This document shows, one piece after another, positions 10,801-20,900 of a DNA stretch of 64,000 bases; position 1 is the first letter of the stretch, and every line of letters begins with the position of its first letter. The stretch spans positions 1-64,000 of the IMG/VR virus record IMGVR_UViG_3300033076_000691. One strand, given 5' to 3'. The notes beneath the pieces were generated by a model, which did no database searches, was not told the DNA's origin, and saw only the letters and a list, made by a program, of their open reading frames with translations. The translations under genes and the position numbers were made by a program. Source of the stretch: a virus. Lineage: Duplodnaviria; Caudoviricetes.

Positions 10801-13800
10801 GCAGCTTTTTGAATTTTAACAGCTGCTGCAAATTCATCAGACCCTCTAAGATCCTTTATAGAATTATTGTCTTTATATTTTCTAGAAACAACTTTACCAT
10901 TTTCATCTAATGTGTTCATGAAAATTGTAAGTTTATCAATATCAAAGTCACCACCTGACTTAGCAACGATCTCTGCTGGAGGAATAATAATGTTACCAGC
11001 TTGTGGTGGTAAGAATTCAAATACCTCAGCAAACTCCATAGAGTTAAGACCTTGTACAGGAATACGTACCCCAACCAAAGTTATTGCCTTTCTGTTAGCA
11101 CCATCATTAGAATCTAACCAAGCATCATCTTTAATTTTCTCGTTAAGTCTTTCTAATGACTTATCCATGTCTAGTTTACCATTTTCTAAATAAACACCTA
11201 TAGTCTCACCATTATCATACTCTAGATTGAATAGATTATAGTAAGTTCCCTGCATTGCAATCATAACTTTTGCAGCAGCAGTATATCCATTAGATTTTCT
11301 ATGATATGTAGGTAATAAATATGTAGTAGAAGCCCATTTCTTGATTTCATCTTTTGTTGCTTTTCTTAAATCAGGCTTAGCAAATTGATTTGCAGTTAAA
11401 CCAACAGACATTTGTACCAATGGTTCACCGGTAACTTTCTGTTTGATGATTCTCTTATTAATCATAGAGAGTAATAACTTCTCTATTTTACCGGCCTCAG
11501 GATGGAATGATAAGTCATGTTGTAACTGATCAGAATTATCAAAGACATCAATAAAGTCAATAAGGTCATCACTTAGAACATCTTCTCTTTCAAGATTTGT
11601 TCTAATCATATTTAAAAGCTTAGCAGTACTAGATTTATCTTTTGCTTTGTAAACTCCTGGGCTAGTTTCTTCATAACCCATTTCTTCTAAAAGCTCAAGT
11701 TTTAATAAATTAGTATACTCCTCAACGTGGTCTATGTATTTTTTTACTCTTTCATTAGTGATCTCTGCATACTTAGTAGACTTAATCTTACCTTGTTCAT
11801 AAAGACCTTCAAGGATTAATTTTCTCAACTGTGTAGAGAATATTGATTTTCCTTTATAACTTGGATTAACCTCTGTCTGATTCTTTAAGAACTCAGCATA
11901 TACTGTGTTTACAGTAAATGTACTATCATTATTAAAAGAACCATCGGGATTTAATATAACGTCCCCATTTCCAATATGTGCAACTTTAGATCCAGATTCA
12001 AAAAGAACATAGTCCATTTGGTCTTTCATCATTTTTTGATGTAGATCATAAATTGGTGTACCTTCTTTCCATACTCCTGGAATAATTGGAGCAAGTGAAA
12101 ACTTATGGAATGAATTAACAGGAAGACCTTCAGCTTTTATATTACCAAAGTATTGTAATTTATATGGAGGGAAAAACTCTACTATATCTTCTGCAGTTAC
12201 ATTTTCCCCTAGAGATACTTTTCTATACAACAACTCTTGTGGATCACTCCAGTTACCTTCTGCTTTCTTAAGAATTCTATATGATTCAAAGCTAATTAAA
12301 CCTTGACCATCAGCAATCTTCATCTGTGCTTTATCAGCTGAGAAGTATTCAGATGCAGCTTTGTCAGCAATTTCTTTTGCTTTTGTTCTATCTTTAGTTC
12401 TTTCATATGCAGCATCTTCAATCTGATCTCTGTATTCTTTATACATAACAGAGTTGAATTGCATTTCTTTAATGATAGCAGTTCTAAGAGTACCGTCATA
12501 ATTTCTTACTGTATATCCAAATCTTTCAGCATAATAGTTCTTTAATGAACTTAAGTATATCTGTGCTCTTTGATCAGCACGGAATCCTCTACCTCCAGAA
12601 CCTAGACCAGCATTTCTTTTATGGAACTCTTCCTTAGCATGGTTATATTGAGCTAGATCACCATATGCTAAAATTACAGTCTCCATCTTATGGATGAAAG
12701 AGTTATATGTATAAGCCTTCATTAATGAAAGTTCTACATCTTCATCTGTAAGTTGATCATTAGAAATCTTAATTCTATCAATTAATCCCTGGTCAACATA
12801 CTTAGCTTTTTGTAATCTTTCTAAGTTACTTTGAGCATCTAAATCAAAGTACTTAATTACATCCTTTCTTATTTCGTCTCTAAGGTTTGGATTGTTATTT
12901 AGTATATCAGTAAAATTAAAGTCTTCATTTTTAGATACAGCATCCAGAATATCATATATTTTTTGCTGAACATTTTGAGACAAGACATCATCAAATGCTG
13001 TAAATGCTTGACCAGCCATTACAGGAGTTTTTCTGTTGTCTTTTCTTTTTACTTTTCTATTATATCCCGCGTAGTTTTTAAATTTGTCTATATCTTGTTG
13101 GAATCTAACAATTCTATTTGCCTCAGCAGTAATGTAACCTTCAACGATATCATATCCTTTAAGTTCTCCATCAGAGTAAGGTAAGAATGATTCAACATCA
13201 ATGTAAAGTTTAGTAGCCTTTTTACCATTGTAAGTTTTTATTTCACCATCAAGAGACATACCCATTGCAGTATTCTTAGATGCGTGTCTCATAAACTCTT
13301 CAACACCACTTAATAACATTGTATGGAACTCTTGAAGAAACTTACTTGTAGCATCCATTGATGCTGTAGAAGTACCACCTTCATTTCTTTTACTAACTAA
13401 CTGAGTACCAGCTACATTCTGTAATGTAATTTTAGTATCAGTAATTTTATCTCCATAATTTGGAGACATTGGATCAAGATCAAAAATTGAATTAAGAAGT
13501 TTTGAGAAAGGACTAAATGTATTGTTAGCTTCATTTAACCATCTCATATGTTTAAATCTTCCAGCAGGATCAGCTTCATCAGTTGTTAACTCTTGCCAGT
13601 TCTCTGCATAGTTAATTGCAGCAACAATTCTTGTTATTGTATTGTCAACCATGTGTTCCCAAACTCTATTTCCTTCTGGAGTTTGTACACTAAAGTTTGA
13701 GTAACCATCTGAAAAAGCATTTTGAATTTCAGCAAGAGCTCTAATTCTACCTCTTACATCATCACTTTCTTCTTCACTATCTCTTAGACTTGTAGGAAGA

Positions 13801-16800
13801 CCACCCATTAAATACGTAAGTGGATCTCTTTTAAATAAGAATGCATCAGAAGAAGTGCTTTTGTTTACCTTCTTGATTACCTCATACATTCTATCAACAC
13901 CAAATGTTGTACTAAATGGTTCAGCAGTACTATTAATGATAGAGTTAATTGCAGTACTAGATTGATCTAATACAATACCAATTGCTCTTAAGAACTCATT
14001 AGCTTTTTTGTAATTAAAGTTCCCGTTAACACCAAACTCTTTTACAATCTTAGCAGTATTCAGAATGTTTCTGTCATACTTATCCTTTGTAATATAAGGA
14101 TTGATGGTTGAATCTGCAGTTGTAAAATTAGATTTCCAATCCTGGATTACCTGATATACATCAAAGTTTGCTTTTGCAACACGAGCTTCAAAAGACTTTA
14201 CTGTTACAGTTGTCTCACCTTCTTCTTTAGTAATTGTTTTATTCAGGTTAAGCTGAATATAAGGAATCCTAGGTTTTTTAAAGTCTTGCCAGAAATTTGT
14301 CTCTGAATCAAATTCCATTGGTGAGTATTCACCTCTAGCAGTTTTATCATTAAAGAATGGATTTGGTAAAAGAGTTTGTAACTGTTGTAGTTCTGGATAG
14401 TTTTCTGACTGATCAAAAATTCTAGAATACATATCCATTTCATCAAACGAACCTTCTAAGATTTTAGCAAGTCTGTTCCACGTAATGTCAATGTCTTGTA
14501 ACTCAGGAAGACCAAAAAGACCCTCTCTATTGTATACAATTTCTCCATTCTTTCTAGTTGCTTTAAAAATACTAGCTAATAGCATCATAGTATCTTCACT
14601 AGCAAGTTCTTTAGATGATACAGTATTACCGTCATTTAACTTAAACAAGTTACTCTTCTCAAGATTTGTAGGATCTTCGATTTCAACATACTGATCTCTA
14701 AGTACTCGGTACCTTGATTTTTCTGTATGATATGCAATTACACTGTTCTTCTCTTTACCATCAAGTGAATCAGTAAGATTACCAAAATTCTCAATGATTT
14801 TAGTTAACAACTCATACTCTGATACAAACTTTGGATCAACTAGTAAGTCATCATTATTCTCAAGTTCTTCTGTGTATGCAATTCTTAATCTTTCAAATCT
14901 GTCATACATGTCTCTATAAAGATCTTTTTTATTTTCTGGATCTTTAAGGAGTTTTAAGGCTGCAGCTGTAGTGTTAAAGTCTCTGTTATAGTTTTGGAAT
15001 ATAACAGACATCATACTATCCATTACATTTGCAACTTGTTTTGATTCTTCTAATGTAAAATTATCATTGATGATTTTGCTTCTGTTTAGTTTCCCAAACA
15101 TAACGTTATCCATAGAAGGTTTTAGATTAGATAGAATCTCCGGATTTTCAGAAGCTCTATATAATTTGTCAAATAATTCTTTGACAGTTTCAATATCTTG
15201 GAGATTAGTAGCAACTTCTTTTTTAGTTACTTTACCAAAAATCTTTTGTAAGAATTGATAAATCTTATCAAAAATCTTACCTAAGATACCACGTTTTGCT
15301 TTCTTACCTTTAGACTTAGCATAGTCTCTAAATTCTTCAGCAAGATCTTCTTCTATATCAAAGAAAGTTTTGTCTTTATATTTTGGAAGTTTTTGAAGCT
15401 CCTCATAAAGTTTTACTTTTTCATCCTTAGTTAATAGTAACTGAGAGAATCCATGCCATGCTTCATGGTATAAATCTACAGAAGTACCACCGTCAGCTTC
15501 ATATAATGTAATACCATATCCTGACCAGGTTGCAAATGCATCAGAGTTAACTATTTCAGTAATTCTCTCAAGTGAAATAAATTTACTTAAAGGTGAATTA
15601 TTCCACCATCTGGTTGCAGCCTCTCTATCAGACTTAGATGTAAATACTTTATCAAGATATTTGCTACGAAGTTTATCTCTATTAAGACCTTTCTTTTTGT
15701 ATAGTGCAGGGTTTGATGCACCATTAATTATGTCATCAAATAAACTAACTCTAGTAGCTGGATTATTATCAATGTTTGTTTGTTTAGCTTCAGCTTCTGT
15801 TAAAGGTACTGGTTTGATATCTGTTTTAACATCAGGAGTAGCAGCTAATGCATTAGCTCTAAACTCAGTTATCTGTTCTTCAGATAGACCAACTGTTTCA
15901 GCTAACTCAGCTACTTTTAAACCAGATTGATACTTTTCAAATTTCCCACCAGCATCTTTGATCTGTTGTTTCATTGAAATAGTATACGGAGTCTCTTGTC
16001 TTGGTGCACCTGCAGCAACTGGTTTAGTTTTTGCTTGTTTCTTAGGAACAGGTTTAGATTCCTCCTTGTCTTTTTTAGTTTTAACCTCAGGTTTTGATTG
16101 AACAGGTTTAGGTCTTCCAATTGGAATCACACCATCATATTCAATTGTACCTTCAGGAATAACATAATTTAGATAAGCATTAAGACCTTCTTCATATGCT
16201 AAAGTATCATCTGTGTAAGTTACTTTAACATAAGGTTTAATCATATCAAAGTAATTTTTTGAAGTCTCAATAACCTTACCATTCTCTACAGTGTAATCAG
16301 TAAATGTAGTATTTCTGTATTTATTATTATACTGAACATTTGCTGGCCAGTATCCTCCAGAACCTTCTTCTTGTCCGGCTTTTACTTTTTTAGGTCTTGC
16401 TGCAAGTAAGTGATCTAGAATAAGTTTTTTACCTTCAGGAGTGTAAAGTACTTCTTGTGGAATAGCTGCACCGTTGATCTCAACTACTAATATCTTTTGA
16501 TTATTAATAGTAAGATTTTTTGCTTGTATCCTATCACGGTTTGTGTTAGAACCTTCAGCTCTTGCATTATTAATAAAGATTTCAAAATATGCTTTTCTTT
16601 CTTCAGGAGTAAGTTGTCTTCCTTTAAAATCTGCTGTTGTAGTTAATACTGTTGCAATCTTATCAGCTAGTTCTGGATCAATATCAGATCTTTGTAAAAA
16701 TATTTGTTGGTCAACTGTAAGTCCACCTGCTTTTGTTTTTTGTACAATGATATATTGACTACCTTTTAATTTACCTGTAGTAATTGGTTTGTAATTTTTA

Positions 16801-17987
16801 AGATCTTTTTCAGTAATACCGGCTTCTTGCAAAGTTACCTCCTTAACAGATTTACCAGGTATACCTAAAGTACCACCAGTGATTGGCAGTATAACTTGTA
16901 AATTACCTTCACCAGATTCAATTAACTTTCGTAACTGATACAGATCATTCATTTCTTTTTCTTGACGATCTCTAATATCTTTTACAAGTTGATTGTATTG
17001 TTCTTTAGTAACTTTTACTTTACCCTTACTCTCTTCTTCAATCTTATTTTTTTGTCTCGTAGCAAGTACTTCTGGTTCAACAAGATTATACTTTCTACTG
17101 GCCCGGTTACTAAGTAGTAACTTACCATCTACTAAGTTTACTTTTCTTAAGTATTGATATACTATTCTACCTTCTTCCGGGTTATCCGTTAACCTACCAT
17201 CTTCTTTAAAATATAAGAAGTTACCTTTAGCATCAGTTAAAACACCAAGAATGCCATTATTGTTAGGATTTTTTTCTAAAAAAGCTCTGTCATCTGCAGT
17301 AAGTAACTCTAATGGTATAGATCTTGTCAACTGTGCTGATAAAGCAATAGTTGAACCATCGTATTCTAGTTCTTCAGTTCCAACTCTATCTCTCGATCTT
17401 TGAGCAATAGACTTAATTACTTCTGAGAACAGTTTCTTTTCTAAGTCAATCTTGTTTCTATCTTCTTCAGATACTTCTTCTGGGTTCTCAGCATAAGCAA
17501 CTTGTAAGGATGTAGTCCAAGCACTTGTAACTTTAGCACCATTGTTCTCATTGTATGACCAAAGAATTTCTGTGTCAACATCAATGTTAGGAGCAAAGTC
17601 TTTTTTAGTCTTGTTAGTATTCTTGATTTCAGAATCTATCTCCTGCTTACTCTTTTTTTTAGTTGCAATATCTTTTCCTACCTCAGCAAGATCAGCATAT
17701 CTTTTTCTCATTCTTGCAAGACCTGTAAAGTCAAAATTATTATCAACTAGATAATCATTTACTTCATCATCTTGAGTAACCAAATGAAATACATCAGGAA
17801 TAGCTTGGGCATAAAACATTGCTTTAACTTGATCTCCTGAACCTTGTTTTACAACATCATAGGTTTCTTTAATCAATTGATTGATGTCAATAGAGGGTAG
17901 TTTAGAATCATTTATTCTATCTATTATCTCACCATAAATTACTTCATAAAGGTCTAATACCTGTTCTCTATTTAAACTACATGCCAT
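7833..17987 (-). CDS. Virion-packaged single-chain DNA-dependent RNA polymerase (crAss-like, 3384 aa) with zincin-like domain
   Basis: Catalytic GGDFDIDKL (DFDIDKL at 10929-10949) preceded by RIPVQG..SM, matching the DFDID motif of crAss-like virion RNAPs such as phi14:2 gp66. HEAWH...EEDLAEEF zincin motif at 15453-15467. Confidence 0.9.
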   Translation of the reverse strand: MACSLNREQVLDLYEVIYGEIIDRINDSKLPSIDINQLIKETYDVVKQGSGDQVKAMFYAQAIPDVFHLVTQDDEVNDYLVDNNFDFTGLARMRKRYADLAEVGKDIATKKKSKQEIDSEIKNTNKTKKDFAPNIDVDTEILWSYNENNGAKVTSAWTTSLQVAYAENPEEVSEEDRNKIDLEKKLFSEVIKSIAQRSRDRVGTEELEYDGSTIALSAQLTRSIPLELLTADDRAFLEKNPNNNGILGVLTDAKGNFLYFKEDGRLTDNPEEGRIVYQYLRKVNLVDGKLLLSNRASRKYNLVEPEVLATRQKNKIEEESKGKVKVTKEQYNQLVKDIRDRQEKEMNDLYQLRKLIESGEGNLQVILPITGGTLGIPGKSVKEVTLQEAGITEKDLKNYKPITTGKLKGSQYIIVQKTKAGGLTVDQQIFLQRSDIDPELADKIATVLTTTADFKGRQLTPEERKAYFEIFINNARAEGSNTNRDRIQAKNLTINNQKILVVEINGAAIPQEVLYTPEGKKLILDHLLAARPKKVKAGQEEGSGGYWPANVQYNNKYRNTTFTDYTVENGKVIETSKNYFDMIKPYVKVTYTDDTLAYEEGLNAYLNYVIPEGTIEYDGVIPIGRPKPVQSKPEVKTKKDKEESKPVPKKQAKTKPVAAGAPRQETPYTISMKQQIKDAGGKFEKYQSGLKVAELAETVGLSEEQITEFRANALAATPDVKTDIKPVPLTEAEAKQTNIDNNPATRVSLFDDIINGASNPALYKKKGLNRDKLRSKYLDKVFTSKSDREAATRWWNNSPLSKFISLERITEIVNSDAFATWSGYGITLYEADGGTSVDLYHEAWHGFSQLLLTKDEKVKLYEELQKLPKYKDKTFFDIEEDLAEEFRDYAKSKGKKAKRGILGKIFDKIYQFLQKIFGKVTKKEVATNLQDIETVKELFDKLYRASENPEILSNLKPSMDNVMFGKLNRSKIINDNFTLEESKQVANVMDSMMSVIFQNYNRDFNTTAAALKLLKDPENKKDLYRDMYDRFERLRIAYTEELENNDDLLVDPKFVSEYELLTKIIENFGNLTDSLDGKEKNSVIAYHTEKSRYRVLRDQYVEIEDPTNLEKSNLFKLNDGNTVSSKELASEDTMMLLASIFKATRKNGEIVYNREGLFGLPELQDIDITWNRLAKILEGSFDEMDMYSRIFDQSENYPELQQLQTLLPNPFFNDKTARGEYSPMEFDSETNFWQDFKKPRIPYIQLNLNKTITKEEGETTVTVKSFEARVAKANFDVYQVIQDWKSNFTTADSTINPYITKDKYDRNILNTAKIVKEFGVNGNFNYKKANEFLRAIGIVLDQSSTAINSIINSTAEPFSTTFGVDRMYEVIKKVNKSTSSDAFLFKRDPLTYLMGGLPTSLRDSEEESDDVRGRIRALAEIQNAFSDGYSNFSVQTPEGNRVWEHMVDNTITRIVAAINYAENWQELTTDEADPAGRFKHMRWLNEANNTFSPFSKLLNSIFDLDPMSPNYGDKITDTKITLQNVAGTQLVSKRNEGGTSTASMDATSKFLQEFHTMLLSGVEEFMRHASKNTAMGMSLDGEIKTYNGKKATKLYIDVESFLPYSDGELKGYDIVEGYITAEANRIVRFQQDIDKFKNYAGYNRKVKRKDNRKTPVMAGQAFTAFDDVLSQNVQQKIYDILDAVSKNEDFNFTDILNNNPNLRDEIRKDVIKYFDLDAQSNLERLQKAKYVDQGLIDRIKISNDQLTDEDVELSLMKAYTYNSFIHKMETVILAYGDLAQYNHAKEEFHKRNAGLGSGGRGFRADQRAQIYLSSLKNYYAERFGYTVRNYDGTLRTAIIKEMQFNSVMYKEYRDQIEDAAYERTKDRTKAKEIADKAASEYFSADKAQMKIADGQGLISFESYRILKKAEGNWSDPQELLYRKVSLGENVTAEDIVEFFPPYKLQYFGNIKAEGLPVNSFHKFSLAPIIPGVWKEGTPIYDLHQKMMKDQMDYVLFESGSKVAHIGNGDVILNPDGSFNNDSTFTVNTVYAEFLKNQTEVNPSYKGKSIFSTQLRKLILEGLYEQGKIKSTKYAEITNERVKKYIDHVEEYTNLLKLELLEEMGYEETSPGVYKAKDKSSTAKLLNMIRTNLEREDVLSDDLIDFIDVFDNSDQLQHDLSFHPEAGKIEKLLLSMINKRIIKQKVTGEPLVQMSVGLTANQFAKPDLRKATKDEIKKWASTTYLLPTYHRKSNGYTAAAKVMIAMQGTYYNLFNLEYDNGETIGVYLENGKLDMDKSLERLNEKIKDDAWLDSNDGANRKAITLVGVRIPVQGLNSMEFAEVFEFLPPQAGNIIIPPAEIVAKSGGDFDIDKLTIFMNTLDENGKVVSRKYKDNNSIKDLRGSDEFAAAVKIQKAALENELIDDIKNILELPENYASLIMPNGTFILKEISEDLSQDVMEYNPKKNKMTEETGEISPTRVLEALYNVYKHESNIVGKKTLGLGAIENTFNVIMNTLGAYMPDEYTINKMLRKSNMRLRHNKMNKNGKEVISMSDLYDVDGTNKISDVISQMINGWVDVEKDAWIFFIQGNYEVAPTLLYLIKAGVPVEEAIYFVSNPLVREYVDEQRLAKSTFADVLNKKPKSPGLAKYQAASNVIAKHFSKDELKKNSKNDERYEKAQELLDDYFKDKKQKTFTKDEMRSLIKSNDTSSDLAKSMFLHYLELEQQIAGYTALKMSSNPDTATKSTLSDVEQTEANIEDLFFDSRVPRDIVESMMDDSILKSFFNGPLALAVSRPLFKLRYHKEVSDYLIARKDQIRKDLEVTFPGQNIEMFSNVFRNDIVSFILQNAIRKYKKEDGFMSLNMETTIPTSMAKELKRGAFVKDGTLYMDMKQLKREFNSDAWIANSDATNSYEDRGLFPLHPSTFMNNSEVNFNEYVKFVSQREYLRSITPLTVELTNSFAFKEELKNTKELFEDLSNEKAVRYTYEKLLAIQALDNSYNFFNMFQDNENAFAIRVSKLIQNYPELKRDFPVLGKLKLDSNKDENAFNLYIADKDYDTDKSNLYTNDLKKLADPSVSKVDDPAENARISAMFKHLNTYAFLQTGLNKTKLNFTNIADFTDFLTIVESEADKFTDALDKKGMTLLDNFYDVFIRQNLATNENKNRFKDYLSDIDYENVERIVPVENPTKKKDRNAETEEAIIDSTNIDIVEEPVRLGLKSTDDPNVFMYNDTNAKNAYYYLNLGKNNPDIVFIHNTSIYEIKPEQKEAGRNLGGSSYFMTEVPDMSVNIPTNLFTSVVNGQRVMLNPEQYQTLKNIWEKRIHLIKQLQEKGGKIAFPSYGFGDPKTMPQELFVYLSKRLFEEFQYINPGSTKYNEIRDMVGVSQGITDEEILTQLELEEDPFKCS

Positions 17988-17988
17988 T

Positions 17989-20900
17989 TTAACAAAGTTT
18001 TGAGTTGTCTCCTAATTTACCCCATCTTTTACTTCTGTCATTTGCTTTAGCTTTTTCTTTAGCTTCAGCAATTGCAGTTTCATCATTCTGAATCTCTTTG
18101 ATTGTGTCTTTTGATTCTTTTGAATCTTCAACATCTACTGGAGTTAATTCTACTTCTGGTGTTGGTTGTGTTGCTTCCATAGTTGTTTTTTCAAAGTTTT
18201 CTGTGAGTTCGTTTTCATTAAAAGTTCTAGTTTCATCAGTCTTAATGTTTTTTAAAGTAACTGACTTACCAGTTTTTTTAACTACAATTACGATTTCTCC
18301 AGAGAGATCAGTAAAGATAGGATTTTTACTTATAAGATACTCATTTACTCCGACATTTGCAATAGAGGTAATTGTTTGTAATTCAACAATTCTATTTACA
18401 TAAGCATCTCTAATTGGAGCAAGACTTTCTCCATTTTTCATTGCCTCTAAAAATAGTCTTTCTCTGACAAGTTCAATTGTATCTAATGTAGCATTATTTA
18501 TTTCATCTATTGCATTACTTACTTCTTCAAACTCTACAGGTTCTTCAAATACATCATCTAAGACTTCTTCTCTTGCTTGTTTGACAAGTTCTTTAAGTTC
18601 CTCTCTTGTAGCTGGTCCAAGAACTCTTTCTGCTGGTTTTCTGGTAACCCCTTCATTCTGAGGTACACTAGTCCCTTCCTGTACTTCTTGTTCTCCGAAG
18701 ACTTTTGCAACTTGCTTGTAGTTTTTGATTTTTCCATCTTTGGTAAGTTTAATTAATTGTAAGTTATTACTTAATTCATTTAACGCATTGATCTGATTGG
18801 TAATATCATCAACAAGATCTCCACGATTAATAACAGTATAACCTAATTGATTTAATTTTTCAATAGAATCTTCAACCCATAATTGAATGTTCAATAAGTC
18901 TTTTGAATTTACTGATTTAGTATCTCCATCAAGTAATCTGTCTAATGCATCTGGATATTGAGCAGACAATATTTCTGTAATTGTATCTGCTAAAGTTCTG
19001 CTAATTGAAAGATTACTGATTGACTTAAGATCTTGAGTTTCTTGTGCAGCAGTTGCATCCTTAGTAAGTCTTTGGAAGTTATTAGGAAGTCTGTTTAAAG
19101 CAAAGATATAGTTATTGGCATTTTCACCATATACATATAATTTTTTGTTTGAATCAAACAATGACTTTCTTTTACCGGCAAGTTCACGAACTTGAGTTTG
19201 TAACTGAGCAATTCTAGTAATTATTGCATCTCTACTGTTAACATCAGCATCAGCTAACTTAACACGTAGATTACCAATCTTTTGAGATGTCTCACCAATT
19301 TGTTTGTCAAGTTGACTAATCATCTCATCATTAACCATATAGCTTAAAGCTGTGATGTTACCACTACTATCACGGAGTACATTATATTTAACTCCATTGA
19401 TACTTGCAATACTTTCATCTTTGTTAGAGAAAGATGCATTTATAACTTCATTGTTAATAGTAGATAGTTGACCAACACCTTCAATTGGAATTACTAACTG
19501 AAGACCTGCTTTATCTAACGTAAGAGTACCATCACTTACATTCTCAGCACCACTTTGTAATGGGAAAATTTCTGTAAGACCTTTTGTAGAATCAATTGCA
19601 TTTGAGATTTTTTTAATATTATCCTCAAGTTCTTTTATTGTTTCTTCTGTACCATACTCTTTTTCAATATCTAAGTTAGCTTGTAATGCATCTAATGTGA
19701 GTTGTAAAGTGGTTATATCAGAGTTTACTGTAACCTCTACAGCAAAATTACCATCAGATGTTCTTACAAGTCTTCCAGTACGACCATTATAAATAACAGC
19801 TTTATCTAGATTATCTTCTAACTTATTTTTTGTAGGATCTGATTCTGGTAAACCTTCACCCATTTTTTGTTCAGTACCTTTTTCTTTTCTAACAGGAGCT
19901 TTAATCTCTGGTTGTATTTTAACAATACCAAAGTTTTCAATCTCTGGTAAGTACTCTAGGTCATATGTATCTTGATTATCTGGTACAATATCAGCTAGAT
20001 CAATGTCTTCAATGTATCCTACTTTCTCTTTACTAAGTTCCATATCAAATGGTAACAGTTTAAGATCCGGTGTTATACCTGTACTATTGAATAACTGATA
20101 ACCGTATATAGATTGTTGAGCTCTAAAGTAAATTGAACTTTCATATTTAGCATCTGGATTACCAAAGTCTTTCCATCCACTAACAAGTTTACCTTTTCTT
20201 TCTTTAAGTGATTTTGTTTTAATGTCCACAATAGCTACTGATCCATCCTCTCTTACAAGTAATAAATCCACTTCACCTGTAACACCTTTACCATCTCTTA
20301 AAGATTTGTCAAATACTTTTACGTTCTCAGAAAGAATTGTGTATGATCCATCAACTACTCCTAATCTAAATTTAGTAACAATACCACCTGTACTTGAAGG
20401 TGTAACTGGTGCAAACAATTTATCAAAAGCTTTTCTTGACATTATATCTGAAATCTTAATGTCTCGACCTTTTAACTGAACTGTAGAATTGTATGAGAAC
20501 TCACTAAATTTAGATTCTGTAGCAGCATTAGGTGTTAAGAATATTCTGATTAAACCATCAATATAATCTCCGGCATCAGATGATTCTTTAAATGCATACT
20601 TTTGAATTGTGTTTTTTAAATCTTCATAAGTACCTACAGTCTTTAAAGAATTTTCAATAGCATCCAATTTCTCTTGGTATCTAAATTCTTTCCAGTTACT
20701 GAATGCTTGTCTTTTGAATGCATCCATAAATAGTCTTATTCTATCTTCAGGAGCAACTTCAGGATCATTGAAGAATTGATTATACATGTTCTCAACACGA
20801 GACGGCAATGTATTTCCTTCTTCATCCACTACTGGTTTAATAGGACTATATGTAAATGAATCTTTATTCTTTACACTGTTCTCAACTTCTTCAGCAACTT

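Noticed and set aside
7833-17987. Intein or intron in the RNAP gene, given its size
   Set aside because: The ORF is uninterrupted and no Hint-domain termini or homing-endonuclease motifs were recognised. An HMM search would be needed to exclude this fully.
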